A program made the translations under genes and the position numbers. The notes under the pieces are model-generated. The model made no database searches. It had not been told where the DNA came from and was given only the letters and a program-made list of their open reading frames with translations. Source: an uncultured virus (IMG/VR IMGVR_UViG_3300042890_006716) (lineage: Duplodnaviria > Heunggongvirae > Uroviricota > Caudoviricetes). From it: a stretch of 64,000 bases of DNA. This document shows, piece by piece, positions 1-10,764 of this stretch. Location: the IMG/VR virus record IMGVR_UViG_3300042890_006716; one strand, given 5' to 3'. Each line of letters begins with the position of its first letter. Within the stretch, counting starts at the first letter, position 1.

Positions 1-648
1 ATGAGTCAAACAGTTACCATACCTAATATTACAGCAAACTTACCGTTTGAGGTTTTTTATTGCGATAGTTTTAGTGGGAACTGTGTTTCAGTTGCAACTG
101 TTGCAAGTGCCCCTTATACATTTGATGTTCCTGATTCATATTCTTCATTAGACTTTGTGATTAAAATTGTTGATGCTGCGGGTTGTACCGTTTATCAGAC
201 TCTTTACATAACACCAACTCCAACACCAACTAATACGCCAACACAAACTCCAACACAAACACATACTCCAACTACAACACCAACCGCTAGTATTACACCA
301 ACACCTTCAACAACACTTCAAGCGACCCCAACACCTACATCAAGTAACACGCCTACTCCAACACCAACAAGTTTGGTTTATCCGCATCAAATAGGTAGAA
401 ATTTATATGTTAATTCATCAAGTGCGTGTTTGGATACACTTTTAGATGACTATTACTATACTTCTTATGTTGCGACACCATCAACACCTGTAATAGGTGC
501 AACAGTTTATCAAACAAACATTGGTGGTAGTTTATTCAACCCTGTAAATCAAGGTAATAGATGGAGAAAAATGATATTCGGAGCTAACACATATGCGGTA
601 CAAATAGATTCAAGTGGAATCATAATCAACTTTACACTCTGCGTATAA
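1..648 (+). CDS. Pro/Thr-rich (TPTPT linker) probable virion structural protein
   Basis: 215-aa ORF with a long TPTPTPT tract between two Cys-containing beta-rich domains; starts at the window edge. Confidence 0.7.
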   Translation: MSQTVTIPNITANLPFEVFYCDSFSGNCVSVATVASAPYTFDVPDSYSSLDFVIKIVDAAGCTVYQTLYITPTPTPTNTPTQTPTQTHTPTTTPTASITPTPSTTLQATPTPTSSNTPTPTPTSLVYPHQIGRNLYVNSSSACLDTLLDDYYYTSYVATPSTPVIGATVYQTNIGGSLFNPVNQGNRWRKMIFGANTYAVQIDSSGIIINFTLCV

Positions 649-2639
649 TGGCTTGTACTACTTGTATTAGATGGATGGTATGGAATGAGTCTGAATCTCC
701 TCAGATTTTTTATTCGTATTCTTGTAATGATGGAACTACATCACAAAGTGCAACCATACAACCTGGTAATTTTTATAGTGTTTGTGGTTGTCAAGAAAGT
801 GGTTCATACGCAACGAGTCAAGATGTTTATATTGAAAATGGTGGAAGTGGTTTTATAAATTTTAATGGTATTTTATTAAATCCTTGTGTTGATGAACCCG
901 AGCCAAGTATAACACCAACACCATTCCCAACTAGAACACCTAATTATACTCCAACACCAACATCTATTGTTTGTGGTTCAGGATATACGACTAGTGAGAA
1001 GTGTTATTACTACGATTGTTGTGGAAACTATGTATATGGAACAAGTTCTGGCACAACAATTATATTTGACTACACTAAACCACATAACGGAGTTACAAAA
1101 CTATTTGTTCCGGCATCTACAACTTGCCCAACTCAAACACCAACGGCTACACCTTATTCAACACCAACTGCTACAGTTACTCCAACAGTTACATCAACCG
1201 TAACTTCAAGCCCAACTAATACACCAACACCAACTCCGACACCAACAAACAATGTTATTTATGTCCCAAAGAATGATTGTGATGTGTTCACAGTATTCCC
1301 AATGGGAGTTAGTTGTTATGGTGTTAACCCATCAACACCAAAAAGTTTTGATGGTAAATTATATCTAACTATCACAGGTGGAACACCACCTTACGATATA
1401 ACTTGGGAGGGTGGACAAAAAACACCTTACTTATTTAACTTAAAGGGGGGGTCTTACCAAGTTGTTGTATCCGACTTTTATGGTGATTTCACAGCATATA
1501 CATCTTGTTCGTTAATAGCACCATCACCTACACCAACTAATACACCAACACCTTCAATCACACCATCTGCAACACCTGTGTATCCAAACTTATGTATGTT
1601 TATCCAATGGGGTCAGAACACTCCTGAACAAATCCAATTCTTCCCGAATGGTAGTATTAATGGTAAACCAAGTTGGTCAAATGGTTCAACTTATGGTATG
1701 GTATGGAACCCACAGAATAGTACTTGGTATGTAACTGGTTACACTCAATATGGTGGAACTGTTGCTTCTCAAGACGCTTCATCAGTACCATTATCAGGAT
1801 GGTATCCTGTTGGAGCTACTAAAAATGCTAACGTAACAGTTTACACTGGTACTTGTTCAACAATTAATGTTATAAGTGCTAAAGTAACTGCACAGGCATC
1901 AAGTTGTCTAAGTAGTTGTGATGGAGCGATAACAATTTTACCATCTGGCGGAATCGGACCTTATTTATATTCAACAGATAACGGAGTTACATTCAATGGA
2001 ACCAATGTCGTAAACGGATTATGTCCTGGCGCATATTCTGTAGTGGTAAAAGACCAAAATAACGCTCAATACCAACAAACTGTCGTAGTTGCTTCACAAG
2101 CATCACCGGTAACATACTCAGTTGGAATACAACAATTAACCCAAGCGACTAACGCTACATTTAGTAGAAATATTACTTGGAGAGTAAATGTACTGCCACC
2201 TTTATCACCTGGTGTTACATTATCATTTGATTTAGGAATCGATGTTGAACAAATTGAAAAACAACCTGGTGATGGTAGTGCAACTTACACACTGACAACT
2301 AAGAAGAATACAAACGTACTTACACCTACAACAACAGGTTCGTCATCTGTTGACCCAAGACCATTCTGTGCACCAAATAACCAATACACAACTGATTATG
2401 TTAATACATACCCAATTACTATGGTTGCTGGTGATGTGGTAAGTGGAGCTTGTAACTCAAATGTTAATATAACCACTCCGTTGAATGTTAATGGATGTAT
2501 GACTGAGGTAACACAAAATATTACAGTATACTTAAGTAACGTTTCAATTAACGGATGTAATTGTTGTTCAGCGTTATACAATCAAGGAGAGGCTAAATTA
2601 AGTCATACAATAAATGCATCACAAGTAACAGTACAATAA
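648..2639 (+). CDS. Pro/Thr-rich, Cys-rich protein with SprB-like repeats; probable tail or fibre-associated protein
   Basis: Three PT tracts; SprB-repeat-like segments DGKLYLTITGGTPPYDITW and DGAITILPSGGIGPYLYS. Confidence 0.65.
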   Translation: MACTTCIRWMVWNESESPQIFYSYSCNDGTTSQSATIQPGNFYSVCGCQESGSYATSQDVYIENGGSGFINFNGILLNPCVDEPEPSITPTPFPTRTPNYTPTPTSIVCGSGYTTSEKCYYYDCCGNYVYGTSSGTTIIFDYTKPHNGVTKLFVPASTTCPTQTPTATPYSTPTATVTPTVTSTVTSSPTNTPTPTPTPTNNVIYVPKNDCDVFTVFPMGVSCYGVNPSTPKSFDGKLYLTITGGTPPYDITWEGGQKTPYLFNLKGGSYQVVVSDFYGDFTAYTSCSLIAPSPTPTNTPTPSITPSATPVYPNLCMFIQWGQNTPEQIQFFPNGSINGKPSWSNGSTYGMVWNPQNSTWYVTGYTQYGGTVASQDASSVPLSGWYPVGATKNANVTVYTGTCSTINVISAKVTAQASSCLSSCDGAITILPSGGIGPYLYSTDNGVTFNGTNVVNGLCPGAYSVVVKDQNNAQYQQTVVVASQASPVTYSVGIQQLTQATNATFSRNITWRVNVLPPLSPGVTLSFDLGIDVEQIEKQPGDGSATYTLTTKKNTNVLTPTTTGSSSVDPRPFCAPNNQYTTDYVNTYPITMVAGDVVSGACNSNVNITTPLNVNGCMTEVTQNITVYLSNVSINGCNCCSALYNQGEAKLSHTINASQVTVQ

Positions 2640-2668
2640 AAAAATATTGTAAAACTATTTAATATTAT

Positions 2669-4837
2669 ATGGGATATATCATTAAAAATACTTCAGGGTT
2701 AATCAACACTAGACTTACTGATGTTGGAAGAAGAAACATTTCTCAGGGAAGTTTCCAGATTTCCTATTTTTCAATTGGGGACAGTGAAGTAAATTACACT
2801 GCGGTACCAAGTTATAGTGTTACAAATAATGACATATTGATGCCGGCATTTAATGCTCAGAATGATAACGGTGTCCCACAGTCTAACAAAGAGAATATTA
2901 AATACCCGTTATTTGTTAAAGGAGTAACAGGAAATACTTACGGAATACCGTTTATGGATTCCAATATCGACTACATTTATAATTCACAAGTTCCTTATGG
3001 GTTTTTTGTGACAGGTAATACCTACCCATTTAGTGCTCAGACAAGTTCAGCCTACACAGTTACATCTAACTATGTTGTTGAGATGAATACTTTATCAGGA
3101 CAAACAAGTGGGGTTTCAATTACTTATGACTTTGCCGCGTCAACAACAGGGACACCATCAATCGGTGATTTCATTACATTCTTCTTTGATGGTAATGGAT
3201 ACAATACAGGTGAATTTACAACATCTCCTGTTTTAACATACAAGATACAGGATATTGACCCTGCAACAGGAACAACAGGAACAACAACTTGGACACTAAC
3301 ATTAGACAGAGCTGTACCAATTTATACTGGTCAGTCTGCGGGTGTTATTGCAAGATGTTTAGTATATCCTTCAGGTATGACAGAACTTTACGATACTATT
3401 GTTCCGACACTACCAACTGATGAGTGTGAAAAAGAAAGTACTTTAATTTGGAATATGAATATTCCTTGGAGCGAATCACCCGCAGGAGTTTTCACATCAA
3501 CATATGAAGGGTTTAATCAATACAATTCTGTTACTTATATTGGAACCAAAGAATATCTTGGTTATCAAGAAAATAGTGGTCAGACTGATACAAGCCAAAC
3601 TTTTTATTATAATTCTTTTGATGAAAAAGTAGTGGTTCAACCTAAGGACCAAAAAACTATTGCAATTATCCACTACACTAATCAATCTATTGATAATGTT
3701 TATGCTGAGAAATTTGCAACAGTTCCTTTTGACCCACAAAACCCAACATCAGACCCAGGATTAGCAAGAAACTTTAAGTTGACAATTCCAACATTGATGT
3801 GGCACAAGTCAACTGGTAATACAACGGGTGAAGTATTTTACATAGACCCTCCGGGATATGACTTATGTGTCCCATATTATATTAAGTCGGTTCCAAATCC
3901 TGATATGAATGACCCGGGTATTAGATATTATCATTTATATGATACCAACCCTGACGATAACAATAATCTTAACAGAATTGGTAAGGTATTCCCTGACCAA
4001 GAAATTGTTATTATAGATGATGAAGAAGTTGTTGCTGCACTTTCATATAAGGCAAATAGAAACTGGACGATACCTGCACCACAACTTAGTTTGATTACGC
4101 CTAACACTTGTTTTACAAATAACAATTCAGGTCAAGGTGTGATGAATAATGAAACTGAAAAGATGTGGGTCACTTATAGATTTGATTCAACAGGATTCAC
4201 TGATTCGTTACATTGTAACTACTATTCAAGTATTCTTGGACCAACAACTGCTTGTACCGAGAATTCACAGAACGTTGCAATTAGATTTGGTAATGAGTTC
4301 CCATTCTTAGGTACTGGTTCTACTGAAGGGTTTACTGCAACAAGTATGAAGATTATTTGTCAGTTAGTTTCAGGTGATACAAGACCACAACCAAACTTAT
4401 GGAGAGAAATTGATGTTACCGACCAATTATCGGGAACAACAATAAATGATTTCATAACCGCTTCAGGTATTACTAGCCAAGTGTTCCAAATATCTTTGGA
4501 GGATTACACAGGTGCAACCACATACAATTTAGCGAATTACATAGACATACCTCAAAACGGACAAACAGAGTTACTCAACTTTGGGGATGAATATTATTTC
4601 TATGGTAATCTACAAACTGATGTTGCGGCGACAATATACGAGATGAGATATCTAATCAACTTGGGTAATAATCAATTTACAACGAGTTCAAACCCAACAT
4701 TTGTAACAGGGACAAACCCTTACATTACTGAAATTGGGCTTTACGATTCTAATTTAGACCTTATTGTTATATCTAAACTACAATCTCCTGTTCTAAGAGC
4801 GGGTATACAACAGTTTGTAGTTAAATTAGATTTTTAA
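2669..4837 (+). CDS. Probable baseplate/tail structural protein
   Basis: N-terminal LTDVGRRNISQG...FSIGDSEVNY and C-terminal YITEIGLYD...ISKLQSPV motifs typical of large-phage baseplate/tail-collar proteins. Confidence 0.6.
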   Translation: MGYIIKNTSGLINTRLTDVGRRNISQGSFQISYFSIGDSEVNYTAVPSYSVTNNDILMPAFNAQNDNGVPQSNKENIKYPLFVKGVTGNTYGIPFMDSNIDYIYNSQVPYGFFVTGNTYPFSAQTSSAYTVTSNYVVEMNTLSGQTSGVSITYDFAASTTGTPSIGDFITFFFDGNGYNTGEFTTSPVLTYKIQDIDPATGTTGTTTWTLTLDRAVPIYTGQSAGVIARCLVYPSGMTELYDTIVPTLPTDECEKESTLIWNMNIPWSESPAGVFTSTYEGFNQYNSVTYIGTKEYLGYQENSGQTDTSQTFYYNSFDEKVVVQPKDQKTIAIIHYTNQSIDNVYAEKFATVPFDPQNPTSDPGLARNFKLTIPTLMWHKSTGNTTGEVFYIDPPGYDLCVPYYIKSVPNPDMNDPGIRYYHLYDTNPDDNNNLNRIGKVFPDQEIVIIDDEEVVAALSYKANRNWTIPAPQLSLITPNTCFTNNNSGQGVMNNETEKMWVTYRFDSTGFTDSLHCNYYSSILGPTTACTENSQNVAIRFGNEFPFLGTGSTEGFTATSMKIICQLVSGDTRPQPNLWREIDVTDQLSGTTINDFITASGITSQVFQISLEDYTGATTYNLANYIDIPQNGQTELLNFGDEYYFYGNLQTDVAATIYEMRYLINLGNNQFTTSSNPTFVTGTNPYITEIGLYDSNLDLIVISKLQSPVLRAGIQQFVVKLDF

Positions 4838-4838
4838 T

Positions 4839-5438
4839 ATGGCAAAACTTCAAAAAAATTCTCCTAAAGTATTAGGTTTAGATGTTAGTACGAAAACTAT
4901 TGGATTCGCATTGTTCGATATCCAAACTCAACAACTATTAGAACTTACTCACTTATCCCCTCAACCAAAACCAAAATCTGAAAATAAGATTGAAGAGTTG
5001 ATTACCAAAAGTATAATTTTTAAAGAAAAACTTATGGAGTATCAAAATCTTGGTATCACCAAAGTCATTATTGAAGAACCACTATTAAACTCAAATAACG
5101 TTTACACTGTTGGAACTCTTATGAGATACAACACACTTATCTGTAAAGATGTATATGATGTGTTTGGTATTGTACCTGAGTTGATATCTACTTATAATGC
5201 TCGTAAATGTGCATTCCCTGAATTGGTACAAAAGAATGATAAGGGTAAGTTTGTATTATTTGGGGGGTACCCAAAAACGATTGATAAGAAAGAAGTCATT
5301 TGGGATATGGTTGCCAAACGAGAACCTCAAATCACTTGGTTATACACCAGAAACAACACACTTAAAAAGGAAAACTTTGATATGAGTGACTCATATACTT
5401 GTGTGTTAGGATTTATGAAACAAGAAAAATTTTGGTAA
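4839..5438 (+). CDS. RuvC-like Holliday junction resolvase
   Basis: LGLDVSTKTIGFA, VIIEEP and DMSDSY RNase H-fold catalytic motifs. Confidence 0.75.
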   Translation: MAKLQKNSPKVLGLDVSTKTIGFALFDIQTQQLLELTHLSPQPKPKSENKIEELITKSIIFKEKLMEYQNLGITKVIIEEPLLNSNNVYTVGTLMRYNTLICKDVYDVFGIVPELISTYNARKCAFPELVQKNDKGKFVLFGGYPKTIDKKEVIWDMVAKREPQITWLYTRNNTLKKENFDMSDSYTCVLGFMKQEKFW

Positions 5439-5453
5439 TTTAAAAAATATGTG

Positions 5454-5461
5454 TATCTTTG
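5454..5461 (+). promoter_or_regulatory. Bacteroidota -7 promoter element TAnnTTTG (example of a recurring class)
   Basis: TATCTTTG 4 nt before an ATG. Other copies near 7639, 24538, 27116, 42275, 50468, 50709, 51664, 53000, 53570, 59088, 59780, 61618 and 63265. Confidence 0.75.
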
Positions 5462-5465
5462 TACT

Positions 5466-5834
5466 ATGAAAATGGTCAAAGACACTCACATTTCTTACTT
5501 GAACAAGGTTATGGCATCATATCCTTTCAGTGTCTATGACAAAATCAATGGTTCCTTAAAGGTTAAAAAAGTCCGTAAATACAATGAGGGCGGACCTCAC
5601 GTGTATGAAATCGATATCATCTTCGACGGAGTAATCTTTGCCAGACTTGACAACAGATACTCTGAATGGTTAACGTCTGAGATTTTAGTTACACACAACA
5701 TTTCTAAAGTTAAACTCAATAAAATGATTAGAAGATGTGCGGAATACGCAATAAGAAAGGACATTGAGTTATTTGGGATAAACCAGTGGAGTTTCATCAT
5801 AAAAAAAGTAGAGTGGAAACTCAAATTAAACTGA
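5466..5834 (+). CDS. Hypothetical protein
   Basis: ORF; ATG at 5466 directly follows the promoter motif. Confidence 0.7.
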   Translation: MKMVKDTHISYLNKVMASYPFSVYDKINGSLKVKKVRKYNEGGPHVYEIDIIFDGVIFARLDNRYSEWLTSEILVTHNISKVKLNKMIRRCAEYAIRKDIELFGINQWSFIIKKVEWKLKLN

Positions 5835-5838
5835 TAAA

Positions 5839-6753
5839 ATGAGTGAAGAATCTGAAGTTATAGTTGAGTTACTTAAAGATTTCTTAGGAAAGGAGAAACT
5901 TCATTACGAGTCGAAAGGTCAAATATCTTTCGACTGTCCCGTTTGCTCTATGGAGAAAGGGTTAGACAAGGGAGATGGTAAAGGTAACTTAGAAATTAAC
6001 TATAACATAGGTGTATACAAATGTTGGGCTTGTTCCGAAACCTATGGAACTCAAGGAGCGTTGGGTAAACTATTTGACCAGTTCGCAACCAAAAAACAAA
6101 AACAGATTTTTGAGTTAATCAGACCAAAAAAAGAAGGGGAGGATGAAAAACCAAAAGTTAAGTTACGTTTACCTGAGGGGTTTGTTAAATTCAAAGACTC
6201 TAACTCAAGATTTATTCCACACAGAGAAGCATTAAATTACTTACACTCCCGTGGTATTACTGATGAGATGATTGATAAGTATGATATTGGTTATACCGTA
6301 AGCGGTGATTACGCATATCGTATTATTGTTCCCTCATTTGATATGAACGGTCAGTTGAATTATTTTGTTGGACGAGCTTGGGCAAATAAAAAGATGAAGT
6401 ATAAAAACCCTGCGGTACCAAAAGATGAAATAATCTTCAACGAAAGTAGGATTGATTGGACCAAAGATGTGTATCTATGTGAAGGTGTGTTTGACGCGTT
6501 CTTCCTACCAAATCCAATCCCAATGTTAGGTAAACACCTTTCAAATTTGTTGTTTGAAAAACTATACAATAATGTTCAGGGTTATATTCACATATGTTTG
6601 GATGGTGACGCTTGGAGTAACGCACTTAAACTATATCACACTTTAAATGGTGGTGTGTTATATGATAAAATTAAAATTTTGAAATTACCTAAAGACAAGG
6701 ACGTATGTGACTTGGGGGGTAAAATTGACGAGTATTATTACGAAATAAAATAG
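5839..6753 (+). CDS. dnaG: DNA primase (DnaG-like, Zn finger + TOPRIM)
   Basis: CPVC...CWAC zinc motif; RIIVP; KYKNP; CEGVFD and LDGDA TOPRIM motifs. Confidence 0.85.
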   Translation: MSEESEVIVELLKDFLGKEKLHYESKGQISFDCPVCSMEKGLDKGDGKGNLEINYNIGVYKCWACSETYGTQGALGKLFDQFATKKQKQIFELIRPKKEGEDEKPKVKLRLPEGFVKFKDSNSRFIPHREALNYLHSRGITDEMIDKYDIGYTVSGDYAYRIIVPSFDMNGQLNYFVGRAWANKKMKYKNPAVPKDEIIFNESRIDWTKDVYLCEGVFDAFFLPNPIPMLGKHLSNLLFEKLYNNVQGYIHICLDGDAWSNALKLYHTLNGGVLYDKIKILKLPKDKDVCDLGGKIDEYYYEIK

Positions 6754-7614
6754 ATGATGTTAGATTTAAAAATTGCTGCTGAAGAAATTCGTCAAATTTT
6801 GGACGATAAAAGAAAAGAATTTGGACTTGAGTTTTTTGAGGATAATCACAAATATAATATGAAAGGTCTTGATGGGGAATTACGTTCTGATTTCCCATCG
6901 GTATCAAAACTTCTGAAAAACTTTTACGAGGAGTTCCCGACAGAAGAGGCGGCACTTAAGAAGGCGAAAGGTGATTATAAAGAAGCCGAAAGATTAAAAG
7001 AAGAGTGGAAGATGTTGGCAGACGAATCCACTAACTTGGGTAGTAGAACACACTATCATTTGGAAGTTGAGGCTTTGTCTCGTTTTGGACTTACCAAAGA
7101 AGTTAGACAACCTGTCTTTGAGTGTGATATTTTTTCTGAAGCTAGAAGTGAAAGTATGATTCGTGCTGGTCACAAATATTTGGATTTATGTGACGACAGA
7201 GGATTGGTATTATTGGATACTGAAGTTGTCTTGGGTCATCCTGAACTTGGTTATACAGGACAAGGTGACAAAGTATGGTTAACACTTAATGCGACTGGCA
7301 CTGAAATTGGTTTCTTGGTTACTGATTGGAAAACAAATAAACAGAAGAATTTTGAAACCAATAAGTTTACCAAGACAATGTATCATCCATTTGACTTATA
7401 TCCTAATAATGCTTTGGGACACTACTATCTTCAGTTACCTTTCTACGGTAAACTATTGTTAAAGATGTTGGAAGGTACAAAGTATGGTGATATGAAGTTG
7501 TTGGGTAGTATTGTGGTATTACTCAAAGATGATGGGGATTACCAAGAATACCGTGTCCCTAAAGATGTTATCAATACAGTTCTTAATATGGATATGAAAA
7601 ATATCCTTGGATAG
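6754..7614 (+). CDS. PD-(D/E)XK family exonuclease
   Basis: PSVSKLL, GSRTHYHLE, GQGD, TDWKT and YYLQLPFY motifs. Confidence 0.75.
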   Translation: MMLDLKIAAEEIRQILDDKRKEFGLEFFEDNHKYNMKGLDGELRSDFPSVSKLLKNFYEEFPTEEAALKKAKGDYKEAERLKEEWKMLADESTNLGSRTHYHLEVEALSRFGLTKEVRQPVFECDIFSEARSESMIRAGHKYLDLCDDRGLVLLDTEVVLGHPELGYTGQGDKVWLTLNATGTEIGFLVTDWKTNKQKNFETNKFTKTMYHPFDLYPNNALGHYYLQLPFYGKLLLKMLEGTKYGDMKLLGSIVVLLKDDGDYQEYRVPKDVINTVLNMDMKNILG

Positions 7615-7660
7615 TTTGTCATACTAAGGTTTAATTCTTATCTTTGAAAAAAATATTATT

Positions 7661-8533
7661 ATGTCGAAAGTAGATGAATTGTGGAAGACTTATAGTAGTA
7701 ACGTAAGTGCTGGTATTTTTAATAAATTTCGTGCTGCGGATAATACCAGCACACACAAATATTTACCATTTCTTTTAAAAGTATGGGCTAATAAGAAAAA
7801 AATTGGTAAAAACTTTACATCAGAAACACTAATTAATTTAGTTAGAAGTTTTGAGTTGTATCAAAATTACATAGAGGTTAAGGACATTTACAATCCAATG
7901 TACCAAAATTTTGATACATTGAAAAAAACTGTTGAAGACGCCATTTTAAAACACGAAGAAAAAACATTTGACCGAGATGCTCATATTAGAGTTCTTTGGG
8001 AGAATGAAAATTTACTTATGTTACAACCTTTAACTCACAAAGGTTCCCTTAAGTATGGTGCGGCAACAAGATGGTGTACGGCATCTAAAACCAATGAATC
8101 AACATTTAATCGTTACGTGAAAAATGGTTTTTTAGTGTATGTAATTTCTAAAAAAGAAGTTTCAGGAAACTATTCTAAATTTGCATTATTCAATGAGGAA
8201 ACTTCTAATCCTATGGGTGGTGAAGTGAGTATTTACAACCCTTCAGACATAACTGTTAATGATTCAACGCTAGTATCAAATGGATGGGAATGGGATGATG
8301 TGATGACCTGTATAACTCTTTACCGTGTTGAATGTGCTAAAGAGTTCAGAAAAAGAAGAGCAAAACAAGACATTAACAAGATGGTTAACACAATCAAAAA
8401 TATTGACTTAAGTAGTATCCAAAAAAACATTGCAATTGCTGCTGGACAAGAATTGGACTCAGACCTTGTTAGAATGGCTAATGAATCCTTGAGTAACTTA
8501 ATAACTAAACTAAATTTACAATTAAACAAATAA
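7661..8533 (+). CDS. Hypothetical protein with YG..TRWCT domain (PcfJ-like)
   Basis: KYGAATRWCTAS...FNRY motif, shared with ORFs at 25446 and 39710. Confidence 0.6.
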   Translation: MSKVDELWKTYSSNVSAGIFNKFRAADNTSTHKYLPFLLKVWANKKKIGKNFTSETLINLVRSFELYQNYIEVKDIYNPMYQNFDTLKKTVEDAILKHEEKTFDRDAHIRVLWENENLLMLQPLTHKGSLKYGAATRWCTASKTNESTFNRYVKNGFLVYVISKKEVSGNYSKFALFNEETSNPMGGEVSIYNPSDITVNDSTLVSNGWEWDDVMTCITLYRVECAKEFRKRRAKQDINKMVNTIKNIDLSSIQKNIAIAAGQELDSDLVRMANESLSNLITKLNLQLNK

Positions 8534-8534
8534 T

Positions 8535-8744
8535 ATGAACGATTTACGACCACAAATTAGTCTTAAAGACGCAGAAACAATTAAATGTGATGCCTGCGAA
8601 AATGAAACCTTCCAAGAAGTCCTCTCTTTCAAGAAAGTGAGTAAACTACTTACAGGTTCGGCAAACGATTCTATCGTACCCTTCCCAATCTACAAGTGTG
8701 ATGCTTGTGGACATATAAATCCTGAATTTGCAATGCCAGAATGA
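8535..8744 (+). CDS. Small zinc-ribbon protein
   Basis: CDAC...CDACGH. Confidence 0.7.
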   Translation: MNDLRPQISLKDAETIKCDACENETFQEVLSFKKVSKLLTGSANDSIVPFPIYKCDACGHINPEFAMPE

Positions 8745-9523
8745 TAAACAGATTAATTCACTTTTCTGATTTACATATTCGTTTGTTTAAAGACCACGAA
8801 TTGTATAAATCCATTCTGGCAAAAGCATTTGATGAGTGGAGAGCATTGAATCCTGACAGGATTGTCTTTACGGGTGATTTGGTGCATTCTAAGAACCAAA
8901 TGACACCTGAGCTTATTGATATGGTTGCTTGGACACTTACCGAGTGTTCTAAAATTGCTAAAACAGTTTTGATAATCGGTAACCACGACTTCCTTGAAAA
9001 CAACCAGTCAAGATTAGACGCTCTGACACCTATTATCGATTCATTGAATAATCCTGAAATTGTTTATTATAAAAACAGGGGTGTGTATGAAGATGAAAAC
9101 ATTGATTGGGTGGTATATTCATTGATGGACCATAACATCCCGCCTGACATTGAAAAGAGTGATAGGGTTAAGATTGGGTTGTTCCACGGACCTGTAGTTG
9201 GTTTATCTACAGATATTGGATACAAGTTTGAAGATGGGTTCGACTCTTCTAAATTCAAAGGGTGTGACCTAGTTCTTTGTGGTGATATCCATAAAAGACA
9301 AGTGTTTGATATTCCTGGTAAAAAGAAGGCTTATATGGTAGGGTCTACGATTCAACAAAACTTTGGTGAGACATTAACTAAACACGGATATGGTGTCTAC
9401 GAGGTTAAAAAAGATGAATATACGTTTATTGACCTACCAAATCCTAAACCATTTTTGGCATTTAAAATTAGTTCTTATGATGACCTTGTTGAAGGGTCTG
9501 AAAGATTGGTAAACGCAGGGTAA
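8741..9523 (+). CDS. Mre11/SbcD-like metallophosphoesterase nuclease
   Basis: SDLH, TGDLVH, GNHD and GDIH motifs; Rad50-like gene lies downstream. Confidence 0.85.
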   Translation: MINRLIHFSDLHIRLFKDHELYKSILAKAFDEWRALNPDRIVFTGDLVHSKNQMTPELIDMVAWTLTECSKIAKTVLIIGNHDFLENNQSRLDALTPIIDSLNNPEIVYYKNRGVYEDENIDWVVYSLMDHNIPPDIEKSDRVKIGLFHGPVVGLSTDIGYKFEDGFDSSKFKGCDLVLCGDIHKRQVFDIPGKKKAYMVGSTIQQNFGETLTKHGYGVYEVKKDEYTFIDLPNPKPFLAFKISSYDDLVEGSERLVNAG

Positions 9524-10416
9524 TGTATTCAGTCCAACTTAAAAATACCAAAGAGATTTACGATTTCTGTATGATGAATGGAATCACAGATATCAACAAG
9601 TTTGTGCAAGATAGCTTCAAACAGGGGTTTGATATTCAGAGATATGGTCTTTTGGGTAAAATGGGTGGAGAACAAGAAAAATGGGTGGAAAAGGAGGTAA
9701 TCCGAGAAAAACGGGTGGAAATTCCCGTTGAAGTCATTAAAGAGGTTGAAGTAATCAAGGAAATTGAGGTCATCAAGGAAGTTCCTGTGGAAGTTACTGT
9801 GGAAGTTCCTGTGGAAGTTACTGTGGAAGTTCCTGTGGAAGTTATCAGGGAAATCCCTGTTGAAAAAGTTGTTATCAAAGAAGTTGTCAAAGAGGTACCT
9901 GTAGACAGAGTAGTTGAAAAAGAAGTTTACATAACCGATGACGAACAGGTGAAGGAACTTGGTGGTAAAATTGAAAAGTTGGATATTGAGAGAACTGAAC
10001 TGTTGTTAAAAATACAACAGTTGGAAACTGAAAAACAAAAATTTTCCACTAAACTAACAGAAACTGAGGGTAAACTACAAATATTTTCCACTAAAACGAC
10101 AGAAATGGAAAATATTTTCCACGATAAAATGTCTAAAAAGGATGAAGAACTAGATGAACTTAGACGTAGTTTAGACGAAGTTTTAGACAAACCACCAGTT
10201 GAAATTGTAAAAGAAGTTTACATTGAAAAACAGTCTGATAACGATAATAGTAAGAAACTACAAGATACTCTTGTAAAATTAAGACAAAATATTTTGGATA
10301 AAGATTCTAAAATAGTTGAACTTGAAAGTAAGATTTCTGAACTTATGAGGTTACAAGATGAAAAAAAAGCGTTATATTTAAGAGGTTCTAATTTAGACGA
10401 TAAACTTTATAAATAA
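9523..10416 (+). CDS. Coiled-coil protein with V/E/K/P-rich repeats
   Basis: EVPVEV repeats followed by a long heptad region. Confidence 0.7.
   Translation: MYSVQLKNTKEIYDFCMMNGITDINKFVQDSFKQGFDIQRYGLLGKMGGEQEKWVEKEVIREKRVEIPVEVIKEVEVIKEIEVIKEVPVEVTVEVPVEVTVEVPVEVIREIPVEKVVIKEVVKEVPVDRVVEKEVYITDDEQVKELGGKIEKLDIERTELLLKIQQLETEKQKFSTKLTETEGKLQIFSTKTTEMENIFHDKMSKKDEELDELRRSLDEVLDKPPVEIVKEVYIEKQSDNDNSKKLQDTLVKLRQNILDKDSKIVELESKISELMRLQDEKKALYLRGSNLDDKLYK
9778..9844 (+). repeat. Coding tandem repeat, 24-nt unit built from 12-nt subunits
   Basis: gaagttcctgtggaagttactgtg repeated about 2.7 times without mismatch. Confidence 0.85.
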
Positions 10417-10423
10417 AAAAAAT

Positions 10424-10759
10424 ATGTTGTTATTAACTTGGTTACTTTTGGCTTATGGATTTAGTCAAATTTTAGTTTTCGGAAGTATCTTCAGCGGTTT
10501 GCGTGAAGGAATTCATAAATGGGGAGGTAATGATTATGCTCCGTTCCAATTCATTGGGAAATTCTTGTCAGGTTTGATTGCTTGTATGATGTGTACTAGC
10601 ACTTGGGTGGGATTCTTCTTGGGATTGACTATCTTCTCTCCAATTAACGCCTTTTTTATGACACCAATTAAAATCTCTTGGTTCTTTGATGGACTATTAG
10701 CTTCAGGTGGTGTTTGGGCAATTAACTCCATTGTAGAATGGTTTGAACACAGAAATTAA
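10424..10759 (+). CDS. DUF1360-like membrane protein
   Basis: Hydrophobic helices with CMMCTSTWVG. Confidence 0.6.
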   Translation: MLLLTWLLLAYGFSQILVFGSIFSGLREGIHKWGGNDYAPFQFIGKFLSGLIACMMCTSTWVGFFLGLTIFSPINAFFMTPIKISWFFDGLLASGGVWAINSIVEWFEHRN

Positions 10760-10764
10760 TTAAA

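Noticed and set aside
4839..5438. TnpB/Cas12 or transposase RuvC
   Set aside because: Only 199 aa, with no Zn ribbon, terminal repeats or associated RNA; fits a resolvase
6754..7614. Cas4 or a CRISPR-Cas locus
   Set aside because: No Fe-S Cys cluster, other cas genes or array; the context is replication and recombination
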